A stretch of DNA of 64,000 nt from Raja brachyura (GCA_963514005.1 OY740788.1:16926001-16990000), one strand, 5' to 3'; numbered from the stretch's first letter, positions 24,161-37,998 are shown. Translations and numbers: made by a program. The notes: generated by a model from the sequence alone, not told the origin.

Positions 24161-24488
24161 AGGGCCTGTCCCACTATACGAGTTTACCCAAGAGCTCTCC
24201 CGAGTTTACCCAAGAGCTCTCCCGAATTTAAAAAAAATCAAACTCGTGGTAAGTACATAGAATGTACGTAGCGGGTACGTCGGAGATCGGGACGTCTCTT
24301 AGCGGCTCGTAAAGCTAACGGCAGGTACTCGGGAAACGCGGTAAGCTCGTGAAGTTTTTTCAACATGTTGAAAAATGTCCACAAGAGCCCCGAGTTCCTA
24401 CGAGCGTCTATTACCGTAATTCTCCGAGTTCGAATCAGGGGAAACTCGGGAGAACTCTTGAATTACCTCGTACAGTGGGACAGGCCCT
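24161..24488. mobile_element. PIF/Harbinger-type MITE, complete
   Basis: TTA|AGGGCCTGTCCCACT ... AGTGGGACAGGCCCT|TTA, with a 3-bp TTA TSD. Confidence 0.92.
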
Positions 24489-25861
24489 TTAGGCTAATTG
24501 CTGTTCTTCTAAGCAAACTGTTGACAAACCAAATCATGACAAACAAACTTTTGTTTAAATCTATACGCTCATTAGCCCAATATTGTGCACTGACATTATG
24601 ATGGCATTGGTGCTTTAGGTAGTTCTTCGACTTTACAGATAATTCTGCAGAGTTCCATCTCAGCTTGTTAACTGAGCTTTTACTGGGCGATACTTTATAT
24701 GCCATGCCTGCTTGACCACTGCTGACATTCCTAAGGCGATATCATGCGCCTGTACAAAATACAGTTTCTTCTCACTGACAGCCCTCCTTGCCAGAGGATT
24801 TTGCCAGAGTGGTAATACATGTAGTACTTAGTATTCAGGGATCAGTCTGAAATGAGCAAAATTATCCACAATGCTTTCATCATTTGGGATTGCTGATTTG
24901 GCATTTTAACCTATCATTGACTAATAAGATTAGGGTTAGGGACATTCATGCTGTTCAACAAGGTTAACAAAACCTTCAGACATTTTGTTTCCGTTTTAGT
25001 TGGAGCCAGTATATTTTCAATAAATTGTGAGATCAGGTGAGAGCAAAATAGATGGCATCTTACTTTCTGCAGTATCATTTCCAGTGAAAAACTGTTCACT
25101 CCTTTCTACTTATTCAATTGAGCTGCTGAAAGAATGTGAAGAACTATTTGTGGCCATTTTGACTGTGCTTTGACACAACTGATACTTGTGCAAAAGCCTA
25201 ACTCAATGAAATTCAAAGTTGCCTTGATCAACCATGCTAATTCCCATTCCCAGAGAAGGAACCTGGAAATGTCAAGAAAAGAAAGTAGCACTTATCCTGT
25301 GCACTTCCTGATTAGTTTTCATTTCCCCTCATCATCATTTATCTAACTAACACTGCCAAACATATTCAAATAATGAGTCAAACAGCACTGACTGTAGCTT
25401 AACGTAGAGTAAAAGCAATTATTGTAATTGAGCAATTTAAACCAATTGCAGTTGTGTAAGAATCACTTTAAAATATATTTTGTCACTTAGTCACGAGAGG
25501 ATATGCTAACGGGCCACAAAGCAAGGCTACCCCGTTAGTCTTAAAATGCCATTTTTTTAAAACAAATTATTAAGCTGGTAGAGGTGTTATGAGAGTAGCC
25601 TTGTTAGTTTGATGCAGTGAATTCTGTAGATAACTTTAGAGCACCTGTGGTTGGAGAGGTTGTTTTTCAACCAAGTGAGCACAGTACTCTCCTGAATGAC
25701 GAATAATAAATTCTTAATTTCATTGATCACATTTATTTTGGCAGTGTCAGAAAGCTTTTGAAGATCATTGTTCTTCTCAGAGTTCACATGGGTTGCTTCA
25801 TTTTCAAATGATATGTGAATTGGACGTTACTCCAAACTGTGCCATTTCTAACCTTCTGTTT

Positions 25862-25995
25862 TCTTGATTAGTACAGGTGTCAGAGGTTATGGGAGAAGGC
25901 AGGATAATGGGGTTAGGATGGAGAGATAGATCAGCCATGATTGAATGCCAGACTTGATGGGCCGAATGGCCTAATTTTACGCCATTACTTTATGA
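25862..25995 (+). mobile_element. CR1 LINE 3' end fragment
   Basis: TTCTTGATTAGTACAGGTGTCAGAGGTTATGGGAGAAGGCAGG...GATCAGCCATGATTGAATG...GATGGGCCGAATGGCCTAAT; the same motif occurs at 34753-34835. Confidence 0.75.
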
Positions 25996-26506
25996 AGGGA
26001 AGGTTGCTGAAGGTACTTGAGCCAATTATACTTCATCAAGGAATCCCAGTGTGGGGTGGGGTCTTTGCCCACCACAACATACTGCCCAACCTGAGAATGC
26101 TTTACATTTTGTTCCATCTATGTCGTTATACTCTCTTATCATTCTCTAATTTTCCACAGATCTGCAGTACCCTATCCAATGGGTTTGATTTTTTTGTAAA
26201 TCATGGCATTTCATTTCTTTATCGTGTTGCTCTACTTTTAAATTCTGTGTTTTTATTAACACAACTAGACATTGAAAACTGCATGTGAATCAGATTAGCA
26301 CACTTATTTCCAAAGGATTTTCATGTGAAGTAATTTGGTTTTTTTACCTGACAAACAAACGGAAATACTAAATTTTTATTAAAGTATCTAATTTACTATT
26401 AAGTTTGTACTTAGTTGATGCCAAATTAAAAATAGCTGTGCTCATTATTATCGAGGAGGGTATGGAATTGCTAATTTGTTCTTATTGTGGTTTGTGGATG
26501 AGGAAG

Positions 26507-27005
26507 TTAAAAGTCCAGTGCATATGGATGCACAGGGAGCCAGCTCCCTGAGCCTGATAACAAGTTTGGAGGGGTGATGGTGTTGAATGCCAAGCTGTAG
26601 TCAATGAACAATAACCTGACGTATGTGTTCTTAGTGTGCAAGTGGTCCAGTGAAGAGTGGAGAACCAGTAAGATCATATCCTCTGTTGCTCTATTATGGC
26701 AGTAGGCAAATTGTAGTGGGTCCAGATTCTTACTAAGGTAGGAGTTGATGTGCACCATAACTAATTTCACAAAGCACTTCATTACAACCGAGATTAGTGC
26801 TACCAGTCAGTAATTGAGGCATGACACCAATAATACTTGTGCATTGAGGTATGATTCAAGTATAATTGATGCCCTTTTGAAGCAGGTGAAAACCTCAGAC
26901 CTTAGTAATGGGAGGTTGAAGATGTATGTGAAAACTCCTGCCAGTTGGCCTGCACAGGTTTTGAGAAAGTGGTCAGGTACACCATCAGATCCAGACATTT
27001 TCCAG
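26507..27005 (-). mobile_element. Decayed Rex1/Babar-type RT fragment
   Basis: SGSDGVPDHFLKTCAGQLAGVFTYIFN and [16 protein letters not shown]...[12 protein letters not shown]. Confidence 0.8.
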
Positions 27006-27867
27006 CCAATTACTTTGAAAAGAGGAATCAGGTTTGGGGTGATTTATTTCAAATATGTATTTTCTTGCTACTCTAAAACATACCTTCTGTACCTGTAAGA
27101 TTCTTTGACACAAACGCCACAATGACTGGCTGAGCTTTTAAAATTCAGTGTCCTGGAACCATACGGAACAGAAACGAGCCCACCATGTCCATGATGACCA
27201 TCAATATCCATGTGTCTGCACTTAGCCTATAGTCTTCTATGCCTGGCAATCCAAGTGGTTATCAAGATCCTTTGAAAATGTCATGAGAGAGTCTGCCTTC
27301 TGGTTCCACCACCTTCTCAGACAATGTGTTTGGGGGGAAAAAAAAGCAACATATTTTCCTAATGCCATAACTGCACTTCCACACAACGATGATGCCTAAT
27401 ACATGAAGGCTTGTGTTTGAAATGAGTGTTCAGAGATGATCTGAGGGGAAAGAAAGAACACACAAAAGCAGTTGCAATCCTTTTTAAATATTTTGAAGGA
27501 ATAGGAGCACTGTTCCCTAGCATTTGAACGTTAAAAAAAAAAGGTTTTTTGAAAGATTGATTCATTTTTATCAAGCCAAGCACCAATGTGGCAAATATTA
27601 CAATTTAATTTCTGATTTGGTCTACTGTACTTTTGTTTCAAACAAGTAGCTTTATTGTAATTCAATCATGCATTGAAGGTGATTGATTGGAGGAAGTACA
27701 CTTTCCAAACATAAAACTGTTACAAGCATTGAATGTGTCTCCCTCCCACGCTCAATATAAAAGTTGCTTTATATTATTGGAAGTTCTCTTCACCTGACCT
27801 AAGTGATCAGTTTTCTAGTTGTTACATGTCTTTGCGCTATATAGTCAAGGATATTATGGCTTCTTGA

Positions 27868-28214
27868 CTGTCCCACATGCAACCTTTACAGGCAACTGCC
27901 AGCACCCGTGAAAGGTGACCATGTTGAAAATTCAGCGGTGACCAGAAAGATGCTACGACTCTTTGGAGACCTCTCACAACCATAGGAGCTGTGTGGTCGT
28001 GAGAGGTCTCCTATGGTCGTGAAATGTCATTTGCGACATGTCGCCAGGGGTCGCCTGTATGGTCATGAGAGGTCTCCTATGCTCGTGAGCGGTCTCCAAA
28101 GAGTCGTAGCATCTTCCTGGTCGCCTCTGAATTTTTCAACATGTTGAAAATTTCGGCGACCTATCACGGGTGCCAGCAGTCGCCTGTAAAGGTTGCATAA
28201 GTGGGACAGGCCCT
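27868..28214. mobile_element. PIF/Harbinger-type MITE (left TIR clipped), long foldback
   Basis: CTGTCCCACATGCAACCTTTACAGGC ... GCCTGTAAAGGTTGCATAAGTGGGACAGGCCCT|TTA; the arms are complementary over most of the length. Confidence 0.88.
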
Positions 28215-29525
28215 TTATTCTGTATAGCACAGGGCTGTGTCATCCTTGGTGCACACTGAGGAAAAATCTCAAAATGTAGACAAAGTAATAAAAATGATTC
28301 TACTTTATATCTGCCACCTCATACATTTCTTCTGCTGTCCTTCAGGAAAAACTAACTATCACATTAAATTACATGACATCACCAAATCCACAAAATGTCA
28401 CTGTTGAATGTGCGTCCACAAAAGCTTTCAAACAATGAATTACAGACCCTAATTGCTATTTAGTAAATGTTTTTCCTCCATGTATCCTTTGGTATTTCAT
28501 CTTAAACTTTCTGACTTGGAGTTTCTGATCTCTCATATTTTGTTAATAGTTCTGTCATATTTCCACACAAACTGAAGTCCTTTATCCCAGGGATCATTCC
28601 ACTGAACACCTACTCTTAAGCCTTTATCTCATTCTTATAGTGGATAGCTAAAGAGTTCATCCTGTTTGATATATTGATTTTCATTATACAAAGATCTTCT
28701 AATGGAAAAGGTTCTGAAATTGCTATTAGAACTTGACGAATGATACATTTCAATGTATCAATGATTTGAGTATTAGCATGGAAACAGACTGTTGGGATGT
28801 GTCCAGATTTAGTGCAACAATGGCTATTAATTCCCTGTGGATTTTTTTTGTCTTATGAACAAGCAGACCACAGGGATTTGAGAAAAAAAACGAGTTACCC
28901 ATTTCAGCTCAGTCTATTTTAAAAGTTAACAAACATTCCTTTGATTTCTTGCGACGTGCTACAAAATCGATTCTATGTGTTAAGGCCACACGTCTGCCTT
29001 AACAGTGCAGCTGCCTTGTCCTTTAATGGTGGTATACTAGTAAGATTAAACAAGAACTTACCAGTTTGAAGTTTGATCTTTAGCATGAGGAGTTGCGATG
29101 AGGGATTTCATAAAGCCCCCGCCAGCACGCATGCGCGACATTCTTCAAAGCAGCGGTGTGGAATCACAGATCACAAGGTGAAAGATAGTAAGATTAAAAC
29201 TTGACTATACCAGTTGAACTTATGATAGAGGGCTGGGAGCGGAGGGCACAAAATCCCTCATCGCAACGCCTCATAAAATAAAGATCAAACTTCAAACTGG
29301 CAAGTTTTTGTTTAATCTTACTATTTTACTTCAGAGTCACGTGAGTGACTTCGTGAAGATTTCAAAGCTCTGTGACTGACGCGCCCTTGACTACGTCCAT
29401 GCTGTCACACAGCCGTAATACTGATGGAGGAAGTTTGTTAATACATTCCAGACTGGGCAGGCTGAAAAATAAATGAATGTTTATTAACACAAATAATATG
29501 ACCCCTAACTCGGGGACAAACAAAA

Positions 29526-30512
29526 TTACGGAGCAGCTCTCAGCACAGCTTCCGCAAACGTTGCGGGGTTAGCCACCAGTTTATTGTAGAACCTTTGAAA
29601 CGTAGATTCATTGGCCCATCCCGCGGTAGCGAGGACATGATCCATGGGCACCTCCATGGCCCTCGCCGCTTAAGTGGATGCAGCCCTGGTAGAATGAGAT
29701 TTTAAAACGTTAGTATCTATACCCGCTGCATCCAGTACTTCCCTGAGCCACCTTGCGATAGTTGAACCAGTCACCCGGTGATGTGGCTTCTTATGGCTGA
29801 TAAATAGCCCCTGTTCCATCTTCCGAATGGCACTTGTATTTTTGATATAGTAGCGAAGATGGGTGACTATGCAGAGGGTGGCGTCTGTGGGATACGCCCG
29901 GAATTCCAACTGCAGCCCTAGAGCACCTTGCCTATGCTGCTTAAGTAATTCTTCGACGAAGAAGGTTACTTTTTGAGGGGTCGAGACCATTCTGTCGAGG
30001 CGCAGTTTCTGTAAAGTCTGCACCCGCTGTGCCGTTGTCAGTGCCATCAGCATTACCACTTTCATGGTAAGTGGTAACTCTGTCATGGGAGACCAGCTTC
30101 TTAATAGGGTCAATACCACCCCAACGTCCCATGTGATGTTATATCTGGGTTGTGGAGGGTTGGTATTAAACACTCCCCTCATGAATTTGAACACCAGCTG
30201 ATTTGACCCCACACCGATGTTGAGGTATGAGGACAGCGCACTCCTGGCGCTATTGATAGCACTGTAGCTGAGACCCTCATTGTAATGAAGGCCCGCCAGG
30301 AATTCCAGGATGTCAGGGATCGTAGCAGAGTTGTACGTTGTAGAAGTCTGTGCGCAGTATGATTCCCATTTTCTGATCTGTGTGAGATACTGCTTTCTTG
30401 TTGATACTCTGCATGATGCGGTGATGAGATCCTTGGCCCTAGGTGAGATCCCAGCCTCCAGAAGTGGTCTTCTTAGAACCTGCAAGCCAACAGGTTTAAG
30501 TGACGATGGCAC
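29526..30512 (-). pseudogene. DIRS tyrosine recombinase (one in-frame stop at 29670)
   Basis: LSYSAINSARSALS, TAQRVQ (R), KSHSTRAA (H-x-x-R), then after the stop ATAGWANESTFQRFYNK (W, catalytic Y). Confidence 0.92.
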
Positions 30513-32207
30513 GGGTGAATTTCCCCAGTAACGTGGTTCGTAACCAATTTAGGGCGTTTTGAAATTTGCACCCATGGGCTTTTGACCATCTGGAGGACCA
30601 CCGGGTACCATGGTTGCGTAGGCCAGTCGGGTATAATCAGTATGCCTGAAGCAGAATCCAATTTGATTTTCTGCAATACCCGACTGATGAGGCAGAATGG
30701 GGGAAATGCATAGCAGAACCATTTCCCCCAATGGAGAGAAAATGCATCCATTGCTACTGCTCGCAGGGTCTGGTTCCCAAGACACATATGTTGGTATCTG
30801 ATGGTTCAACCTAGACGCAAAAAGGTCAATATCTGGTGTACCGAATTTAGCTATTATTTCAGCAAATATTTGCGGGTTCAACATCCATTCGATGTTATCA
30901 TTGAATATACGTGACCTGGTATCCGCCACTGTATTAAGCTTCCCTGGAAGATAGGTTGCTGAGATCCAAATATTCCAGTGCCAAATTGTGTTGACTAAAT
31001 CATCACAAAATACTGACCTGATACCACCCATATGATTTATGTAAGCTACCACCGTGGTATTATCTATTTGAAGACGGACATGTATATGATGTAAACTTGT
31101 GCAATATGCCCATAGCCCATAGAAAACACCTAGCATCTCCAAATAGTTTATCCCTTGTGACTGTAAAAGCGTAAATTCATGAGCATCCCATCTGCCACCA
31201 CAACTGGACACAGTGTCTGTCAGTCACTCCTCACCCTTGGGCGCTTGCGTCGGTTTGTACCACAACTGATGGGCTGGAGACAATGGGTTTATAACAGTCA
31301 CTAATATTGTTAGTCCACCATCTTAGCTCAATTTTTGCCTTTATCGGCATGGGCCTGTCAAAATGTCCAGCATTTGATTTTAATGCTGACATTTTTGCTC
31401 TTTGTACATTTTGATAATGTAGTGGCCCAAATTGTGTAGCAGGAAATGTAGCTACGATTTTCCCAATTACCTTAGCAGTTTGTCGAATAGTCAGTACAGC
31501 AGCGCAAGCAAGGCTGTTACAAGTTTCTTGAATATCAGCTACTTTCCCAGCTGGGATAGTGACAATCATCTGATTCGTGTTAATAGTGAATCCCAAATAA
31601 TCCATGACCTGTGATGGATTGAACTTAGATTTGTCTGGATGGATGACAAATCCCAACTCCTCAAATATTGATATAGTAGCTGCAACTGCCAGCTGAGCCA
31701 ATTCTAAAGTTTCCCCTACTATTTATATATCATCCAAATACGCCATGACGATATGATTTTGTCTCCTGAGGCACGCCAAAATAGGTTTAACGATTTTTGT
31801 AAACAGCCGAGGTGCTGTTGTAATCCCATTGGGTAACGCTTTGTATTGCCATAACTGATCCTTCCAGCCAAATTTCAAGAACTTCCTGTGATGTGTTATG
31901 ATAGGACTGTATAGTATGCATCTTTCAAATCAATGCAGGCCATAAAGCACCCTCTGCTAACTAATTGTTTAGCAGTTTCAAACGTCTCCATTTTGAAATG
32001 GATGTATTGTACAAAAGTATTCAAATGGGTTAGGTCAATGATAATACGACAACCACCATCTTTTTTAGGTCTTGTAAAGATGTTGGACACAAACTCTAAG
32101 GGCTCATGTGTCGTTCTCTCTATCACCCCTTTGGTTTCTAATCGTAAAATTTCTGCATGTCCTGTCTCCATCTCTTTTTGAGAAAGCGCAAACTTGCGAT
32201 GAGGCAC
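30473..32207 (-). pseudogene. DIRS RT - RNase H - adenine-methyltransferase-like polyprotein, frameshifted
   Basis: PKKDGGCRIIIDL, IDLKDAYY, MAYLDD (31730-31747), QTDAS, INYLEM, IDNTTVVAYINHMGG, N.VADTRSR, DIDLFASRLN, DAF..W...YAFPPF. Confidence 0.93.
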
Positions 32208-32265
32208 ATGCTGCGTGGGGGGGAAGTTTGCCTTTAATAAACTCTATTACATAACCCTGAATACT

Positions 32266-33843
32266 TTAACCTTTATAGAAATCTTTAACCTGCTTCGACA
32301 GGTCCTCCCCAAACAGCTGTGTTGGTGGTGGTGTGGTGGAGGTGCGACACAACCCAGCAAACTTTGGGTTGAGGTTGGGCTGAATGGAGCTCTTTTGAAA
32401 ACAATTAATCTCAAACTGTGTGTTACACAGGAGGGCTAATGCATCTTGTTGTTCCTCTGACACATCTGCTCCATCCAGGGCCCTAGCGAACGCCGTTATG
32501 CCCGAAGTGAGTAAATTCAGGATCTTCTGGAGCTTGCCCTCCTGTGCCCTGGTGTTACTACTGATGTTCCCCCAAATCGGCAGGTTGACTTTAGGCACGT
32601 TGAGGGATACACAGTTCGCTGGGGCCTTATATTTTTCCAATGTCTCAGCGACGACATTGTCTTGTAGCTGGTGAGTCGTTAGGTAATTAATACTAGCCGC
32701 TAGTTTGGGATGCAGTGGTTCCCCTACACTGGTTGGCTTCCCAAACTTAGCTACAGCCTCCAGCATGTCTTCAGAGTCTGGAACAGCAGGCTGGTCTTCT
32801 ACCGCTACATCTTCAAAATCACCCATACGCTGACTTCATCTGCTAGCAATAGACGAGGGTGAGACTGAAAGCGGCGGCCTGATCTTACTCCCAGACTGCA
32901 GGGACTCCCGCTCTTGCCGTTCCAGGTCCCTTTGATAGAGCACCTCCACCATCTGCTCCATTCTAGCCATGCGACCGCCGCCGCTACATACGGACGACAG
33001 GTCGACTTCCCCAGGCCCTGCTGAGTCGCTGGGGCTTCTGCCGGTAGATCGCATCTCCACGAGATGCGCTGGCAGGTACTCATCAACACCCGCTCCTGCG
33101 GGGCTGAACGACCTTTGCACGGACAACCTGCTAGTCCACCGTCTTTCGGACCTCAGCGGCATTTTTGCCTGATGGGAAGGCAGAGGAAACGAGTCGGAAC
33201 CGGTCCCCAATACCGGCTCCGCGGTCCTTGCAGGCATGCCATCACCCTTACCCACACGGGTCTGTGATGGCGCATAGCTGGCTTTACCCATAGCAACGGG
33301 GATGCCTAGCCATACTCTGCTGCCACCGGTCTGCGCTCCGGCAGCCTGTTCCGGTGCAGTGCCGGTACCTCCTGCTCCTGCAGGGTATCCTGACGCTCCA
33401 GCAACACGGCCGCCAGCCTGCGACCTCGCAGGTTTCCCCTGCGGCATGTCAACGCCCACCGCAGCAGCGGGGCTCGACTTCAATATGGCTTTTCCCCGGG
33501 TCTGCCCTTGAGGGACCTGTAAAGTAAAAGAGGTACTTGCCGTGCGAGGCACCTTACTCTGTACCTTTTTCCCACCAGCCCTGACTTTGGGCGATGGTGG
33601 GGTGAAGTCAGGGTCTCCTTCCCCCTGCTCCTGTGCGGAATCCCCTCCAAGTGGAAACGGAGGTGAGTCGGCCCCTACCGACTCCATAGGGCCCGACATC
33701 CGCATCTTTTTCCCCGGTCGTACAGGTGCTGCCAGTGCTTCGGTCAGCTCCGAGGAAATTCGCCGCGGTTCGCGGCTCTTGGAAAGTTTTCTTTTTTCCT
33801 CCATCGTTTCTGTAACACAAATGCTACAGAACAACCAGCTCAA
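32266..33843 (-). pseudogene. DIRS gag-like ORF1 (split by a frameshift near 32830)
   Basis: Long open frames at the ORF1 position. GEPLHPKLAASINYLT..YKAPANCVSLNVPKVN..IWG and LFGEDLSKQVK are conserved in copy 3 (56457-56765). Confidence 0.8.
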
Positions 33844-34544
33844 GGTTAATAAAACTTACCAGGAGCCGTCTTTTGAAGGAGCTGTTGGGGAAGCGCACTC
33901 CCCCCCCAGCTTGCCGTTAGAAAATGCGAGCGACGATATGTCGCGCATGCGTGCTGGCGGAGTCTTCACGAAGTCACTCACGTGACTCCGAAGTGCTTTT
34001 TCTGCAAGTTTAGCAACATCACATTGGTGGCTCTCATATGTTTCAGTAAAATTAGTCAGTAAAACAGGCTTGAGTGCCCTGTTTCTCTCACCAGCATGTC
34101 CTTTGCTTGCTTTGCACTTAAATTAAAATTCCATCATTTAAGCAATACTTGGGTTTCTCTCCATTAGCCTAACTGTGTCCTGCAGTCTTTCATTGCGCAA
34201 ACTGCAATTTGTTGATTTAGTAAATAAGAGATTACACCGCCGACTCATGCAGACCATTATGCACCATTTTCTGTCTGCTGCTTCTATGAGTTTACTGGTA
34301 ATTAAGAGAAGGCAGGACATGATTCTATTGCATTTCATCAGTAATTTTCATGAGACAATCGTTTCAATTTTTGCCACTATCAACTCCTGTCCTGCAGTGC
34401 TCAATGGATGATCAGTCACAAGTTTTCCATAAATATATTATTTTATTTAAAATATCATTTGTAGGACAACAAACATATCCGCTATTCAATACATGATACC
34501 ATATATTAAATACATGGAAATTGGAGGGATCTCATTGAAGCTTA

Positions 34545-34836
34545 CTGAATAATGAAAGGCCTGGACATGAGTGGACATGAAGAGGATGTATTCACTAGTG
34601 GGAGAGTCTAGAACCAGGAAAAAAAAGACATACCTATAGCAAGGAGATGAGGAGGATTTATTTTTGCCAGACGGTGGTGAATCTATGGAATTAATTGCCA
34701 CAGATGGCTGTGGAGGCCGTCTTTGGGTATTTTTAAAGCAGACATTGACAGGTTCTTGATTAGTAAGAGTGTCAAAGGTTACAGGGCGAAGGTAGGAAAG
34801 TGGGGTTGAGAGGGAAACAAAGATCAGCCATGATTG
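34545..34836 (+). mobile_element. CR1 LINE 3' fragment
   Basis: GGAGAGTCTAGAACCAGG...GGTGGTGAATCTATGGAATT..TTGCCACAGATGGCTGTGGAGGCC...GATCAGCCATGATTGA. Confidence 0.8.
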
Positions 34837-35619
34837 ACACTCTTATCAGCAATAAACTATATCCATTACAGATAAACTATTGGAGTTGTAATCGGTGATC
34901 AGTGTTTATCAGCTTGAGCCATCTGCTGGCCTTGTGTTTTGTTGACTGTCAGTGAAAAATGCTAGCAATTATAAGATATGTTTGAGATGTTAAGTAGTAT
35001 ATTGCTCCTTGGTGGACTTGGCCTACATTTCTCTGTCACTTCCCATTATTTCCATATGTGGTTGCAATTTGAAAGCAAGAACAGTGAATAAGGGAGTGTT
35101 TGATAGAATTATTTGAAATTGAAGAAGACATAACAACCTGCTAAGTTTTATGTTCACTTTTTCCTTAAATTAACTGAATGGGGCGGGGGGATACAAGATG
35201 TCGGCCTCTTGTACACTACACGTTTAGCATTTATTTGACAAACTATAAAGCTACTTAACTTTCAGAAAATTAAGGGAACTCTTTTGTGCTGATTTTTGTT
35301 TCTGACAAGGACATTGTGAACACGATGAACAAGTATTCCCCATTCCCATGTGCTTTAAATCTGCGAACTAACATCTTATTTATGGCTTTATCAAAGACCT
35401 CTGAAAATCCTTGTAGACAACGTCAATTGCTTTTTGACCTTTTTGATCAGTTACATCTTCGAAGACTTCCAGTAGGTTAATTAAAAACAATTTTCCTTGC
35501 ATATATCCATGCTGCCTGTGTAGTCACGTCCCATCCTTCATAGTGGGTTCTGGCACTTTCCCCATCATCGATGAAAGTACTGTGGTTAGATATAATCTAC
35601 AGTACCAGTGATGATAGGA

Positions 35620-36010
35620 CTGTAGATAGTACCAGACAGTAGTTTCCTGCTTACTTTCCATTTTTAAATAGTGGGCTGATATTTTACTTACACCAATCTG
35701 CAGGGAATGTTCCATCATCCAGAGCATTTTGTAAGATGCCAACCAAATCGATCATTATTTCCAATGGTCCCTTTTTCAGTTTGGTGCAATACAGATTATC
35801 AAGGACTGGGGAACTTGGTTTCAGTGCACTACTTTTTTCTGCACTATTTTCTTACTGACATTAATTTCCTTTAATTCTTCCTTTTCATTAGATTTTGGTT
35901 TCATATCTTTCCTGTTATTTGTGTCCTCTTTTGTGAAGATGGAACCAGAATATTTGTTTAATTACTCTGTTGTTTCTTTGTTCTGCATTTATAAATTCAC
36001 CTATTTCTGA
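35620..36010 (-). mobile_element. Old CR1 RT fragment
   Basis: The minus-strand translation PSSPVLDNL...LEIMIDLVGILQNALDDGTFPADW..NISPLFK resembles the CR1 PGPDG...VPxDW..ANVxPLFK segment. Confidence 0.55.
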
Positions 36011-37594
36011 CTAATTTATATTGGTTCGTGGATATTTCTTTGGTTAATTTATCTACCTCATTATGAATACTTCACACACTGAAACACAGCACTTTCAGTT
36101 GTGTCTAAATATTAGACAGCTTATTATTTTGTTTATAGTAGCCTTAATTCTCCTTATGTCTTTCTCTCTTATTAGCATTTTCCTTTTACCCAAACTTTGT
36201 GTTTGTATGTTGTGTACTTTGCCAACAGAACATGGCCATCCATAACCCAATCACTGCTTCTTTACCTTTTCCTCTTTAACATTCTACGATTGTTCTTCAC
36301 CGGGATTCTCCAAACCCCCCTCCCCCACCTGCTTTATTTAGTTTAAAGCCCTGCCTTCCTCTCTAGTTACTTGATTCTCGAGAATCCTGATTCCTGCATG
36401 TTCAAGTTCAGAACAACCCTTTCCTCATTATTAATGCCAGTACCTGTGAGTTGCTGCTTCCTCAGCTGAATTTTTGCACGTCGTTTGTTTTCTTTGAAGG
36501 AATCAGAGCTGTTCCCACCAGCCCCTTTTCCCCACTTATTTCCCTGCAACCTTTTCTCTCTTGCATGCCCATCAACTTCCCCTGCTTCCGCAAACTATCT
36601 ACACTCAGGGCCAACTTGCAGTAACCAATCAATCAAGCAATACATCTTTGGGATAAGAATAAGTTGAAGTAATAGGACAAAATGTCGACAGCACACTATT
36701 CTTCATCCATCTGCTGATTTGCAATGAAGAGCGACTTTATTCTGGAGTAAGCGACCCAAGACTCCATACAGTCCCTTGTGTGTCAAGAGTGTTGATTATA
36801 CTCACTCCAGCTTCAGGATTTGGGAGTGCTGTTTCTGAAGGTAGATGAATTATATTGCTGATTTCATCATTTAAACATATCAAAGTGCAAAATGTAGTAC
36901 TACATTCTATAAGAAATTTTCTATTGGCAGGAGACATGACAAGAGGCCAGACCCATTGTGTGTGTGTTGCTCGAAAATATGAAGAAAATCGTACTTTGGT
37001 ACAAGTGACTTTTAAACTTATGCGTTATTGATGTTGTGATGAAATGATTGTTTTTCAAAGAGTAGTAAAAATAAATTTATGTAAAGCTGTATGAAATGTT
37101 GGAGTATGGTGATGAAACAATATAAATGTCAAGGTATTAGAATTAATATGTAGTTATAATCCTGTTTAATAAAACGTGGTGCAGATCTATAATTAAGGAT
37201 TAATGCAGCAAAATTACAGAAACTTGGCCCTTTGAGACGTACTATTTCTAAAGCACGTGATTACATTTGAATCTCGCATTACGTACAGGAAAAGCAATGT
37301 AATCCCATTTTTCATGAACTGTTATTTCACTCCTAGAAAATTTATAATTATCCAGTACTGAGATGATGTCCAAGAGATAGCAAGTGAAAATATACCACCA
37401 TCTATATTGTAATTGGCATTGATTTTATTAGCCAAGTATGAAAACAAAACAAGGATGTAAATCATACAAGGAATTTGATTTACCGTATATTGGGTAGCCT
37501 CCTCACAAGATGATCATATTCCCTGAAAACTTGATTTTTATATTAGTCACAAAATGGCAAACTACTTTATTATCCTACTCCCCCCCCCCCCCCC

Positions 37595-37998
37595 CACCCC
37601 CCACCCTGGTCAAATCCCTCCCTACCCATGTCCAAGACACCTCACAAGCTCTTCATCTCCTCCATGACGTGCGTTTTCCAGGCCCCCACGCCCTCATCTT
37701 CACCATGGATGTCCTGTCACTCTACACCTCCATCCCCCACCGTGAGGGTTTGAAAGCCCTCTGCTTCTTCCTCGACCACAGAACCAACCAATCCCCGTCT
37801 ACCAATACTCTCCTCCGCCTAGCGGAGCTGGTCCTTACCCTCAACAACTCTTCCTTTAACTCCTCCCATTTCCTCCAAATCGAAGGCGTAACTATGGGCA
37901 CATGCATGGGCCCCAGCTATGCCTGCTTCTTTGTAGGGTACGTCGAACAATCCTTGTTCGAAGGGTACCGTGGCCCTATCCCCAAACTCTACCTCCGT
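37595..37998 (+). pseudogene. Penelope-like reverse transcriptase fragment
   Basis: LVKSLPTHVQDT...IFTMDVLSLYTSIPH...LVLTLNN..FN..HFLQIEGVTMGTCMGPSYA; open frame. Confidence 0.88.

Larger units (their letters stand above)
29038..33994 (-). mobile_element. DIRS1-type retrotransposon, copy 2 (most complete in the window)
   Basis: Left terminus at 33994 (ACTTCGGAGTCACGTGAGTGACTTCGTGAAG on the - strand), right terminus at about 29038, ICR at about 29247-29358. gag, RT-RNaseH-MT and YR relics are in DIRS order. Confidence 0.96.

Noticed and set aside
29526-30850. Phage-like integrase plus adenine methyltransferase as a prophage or bacterial transfer
   Set aside because: Both are standard DIRS domains and sit inside ITR/ICR-bounded elements with RT and RNase H.
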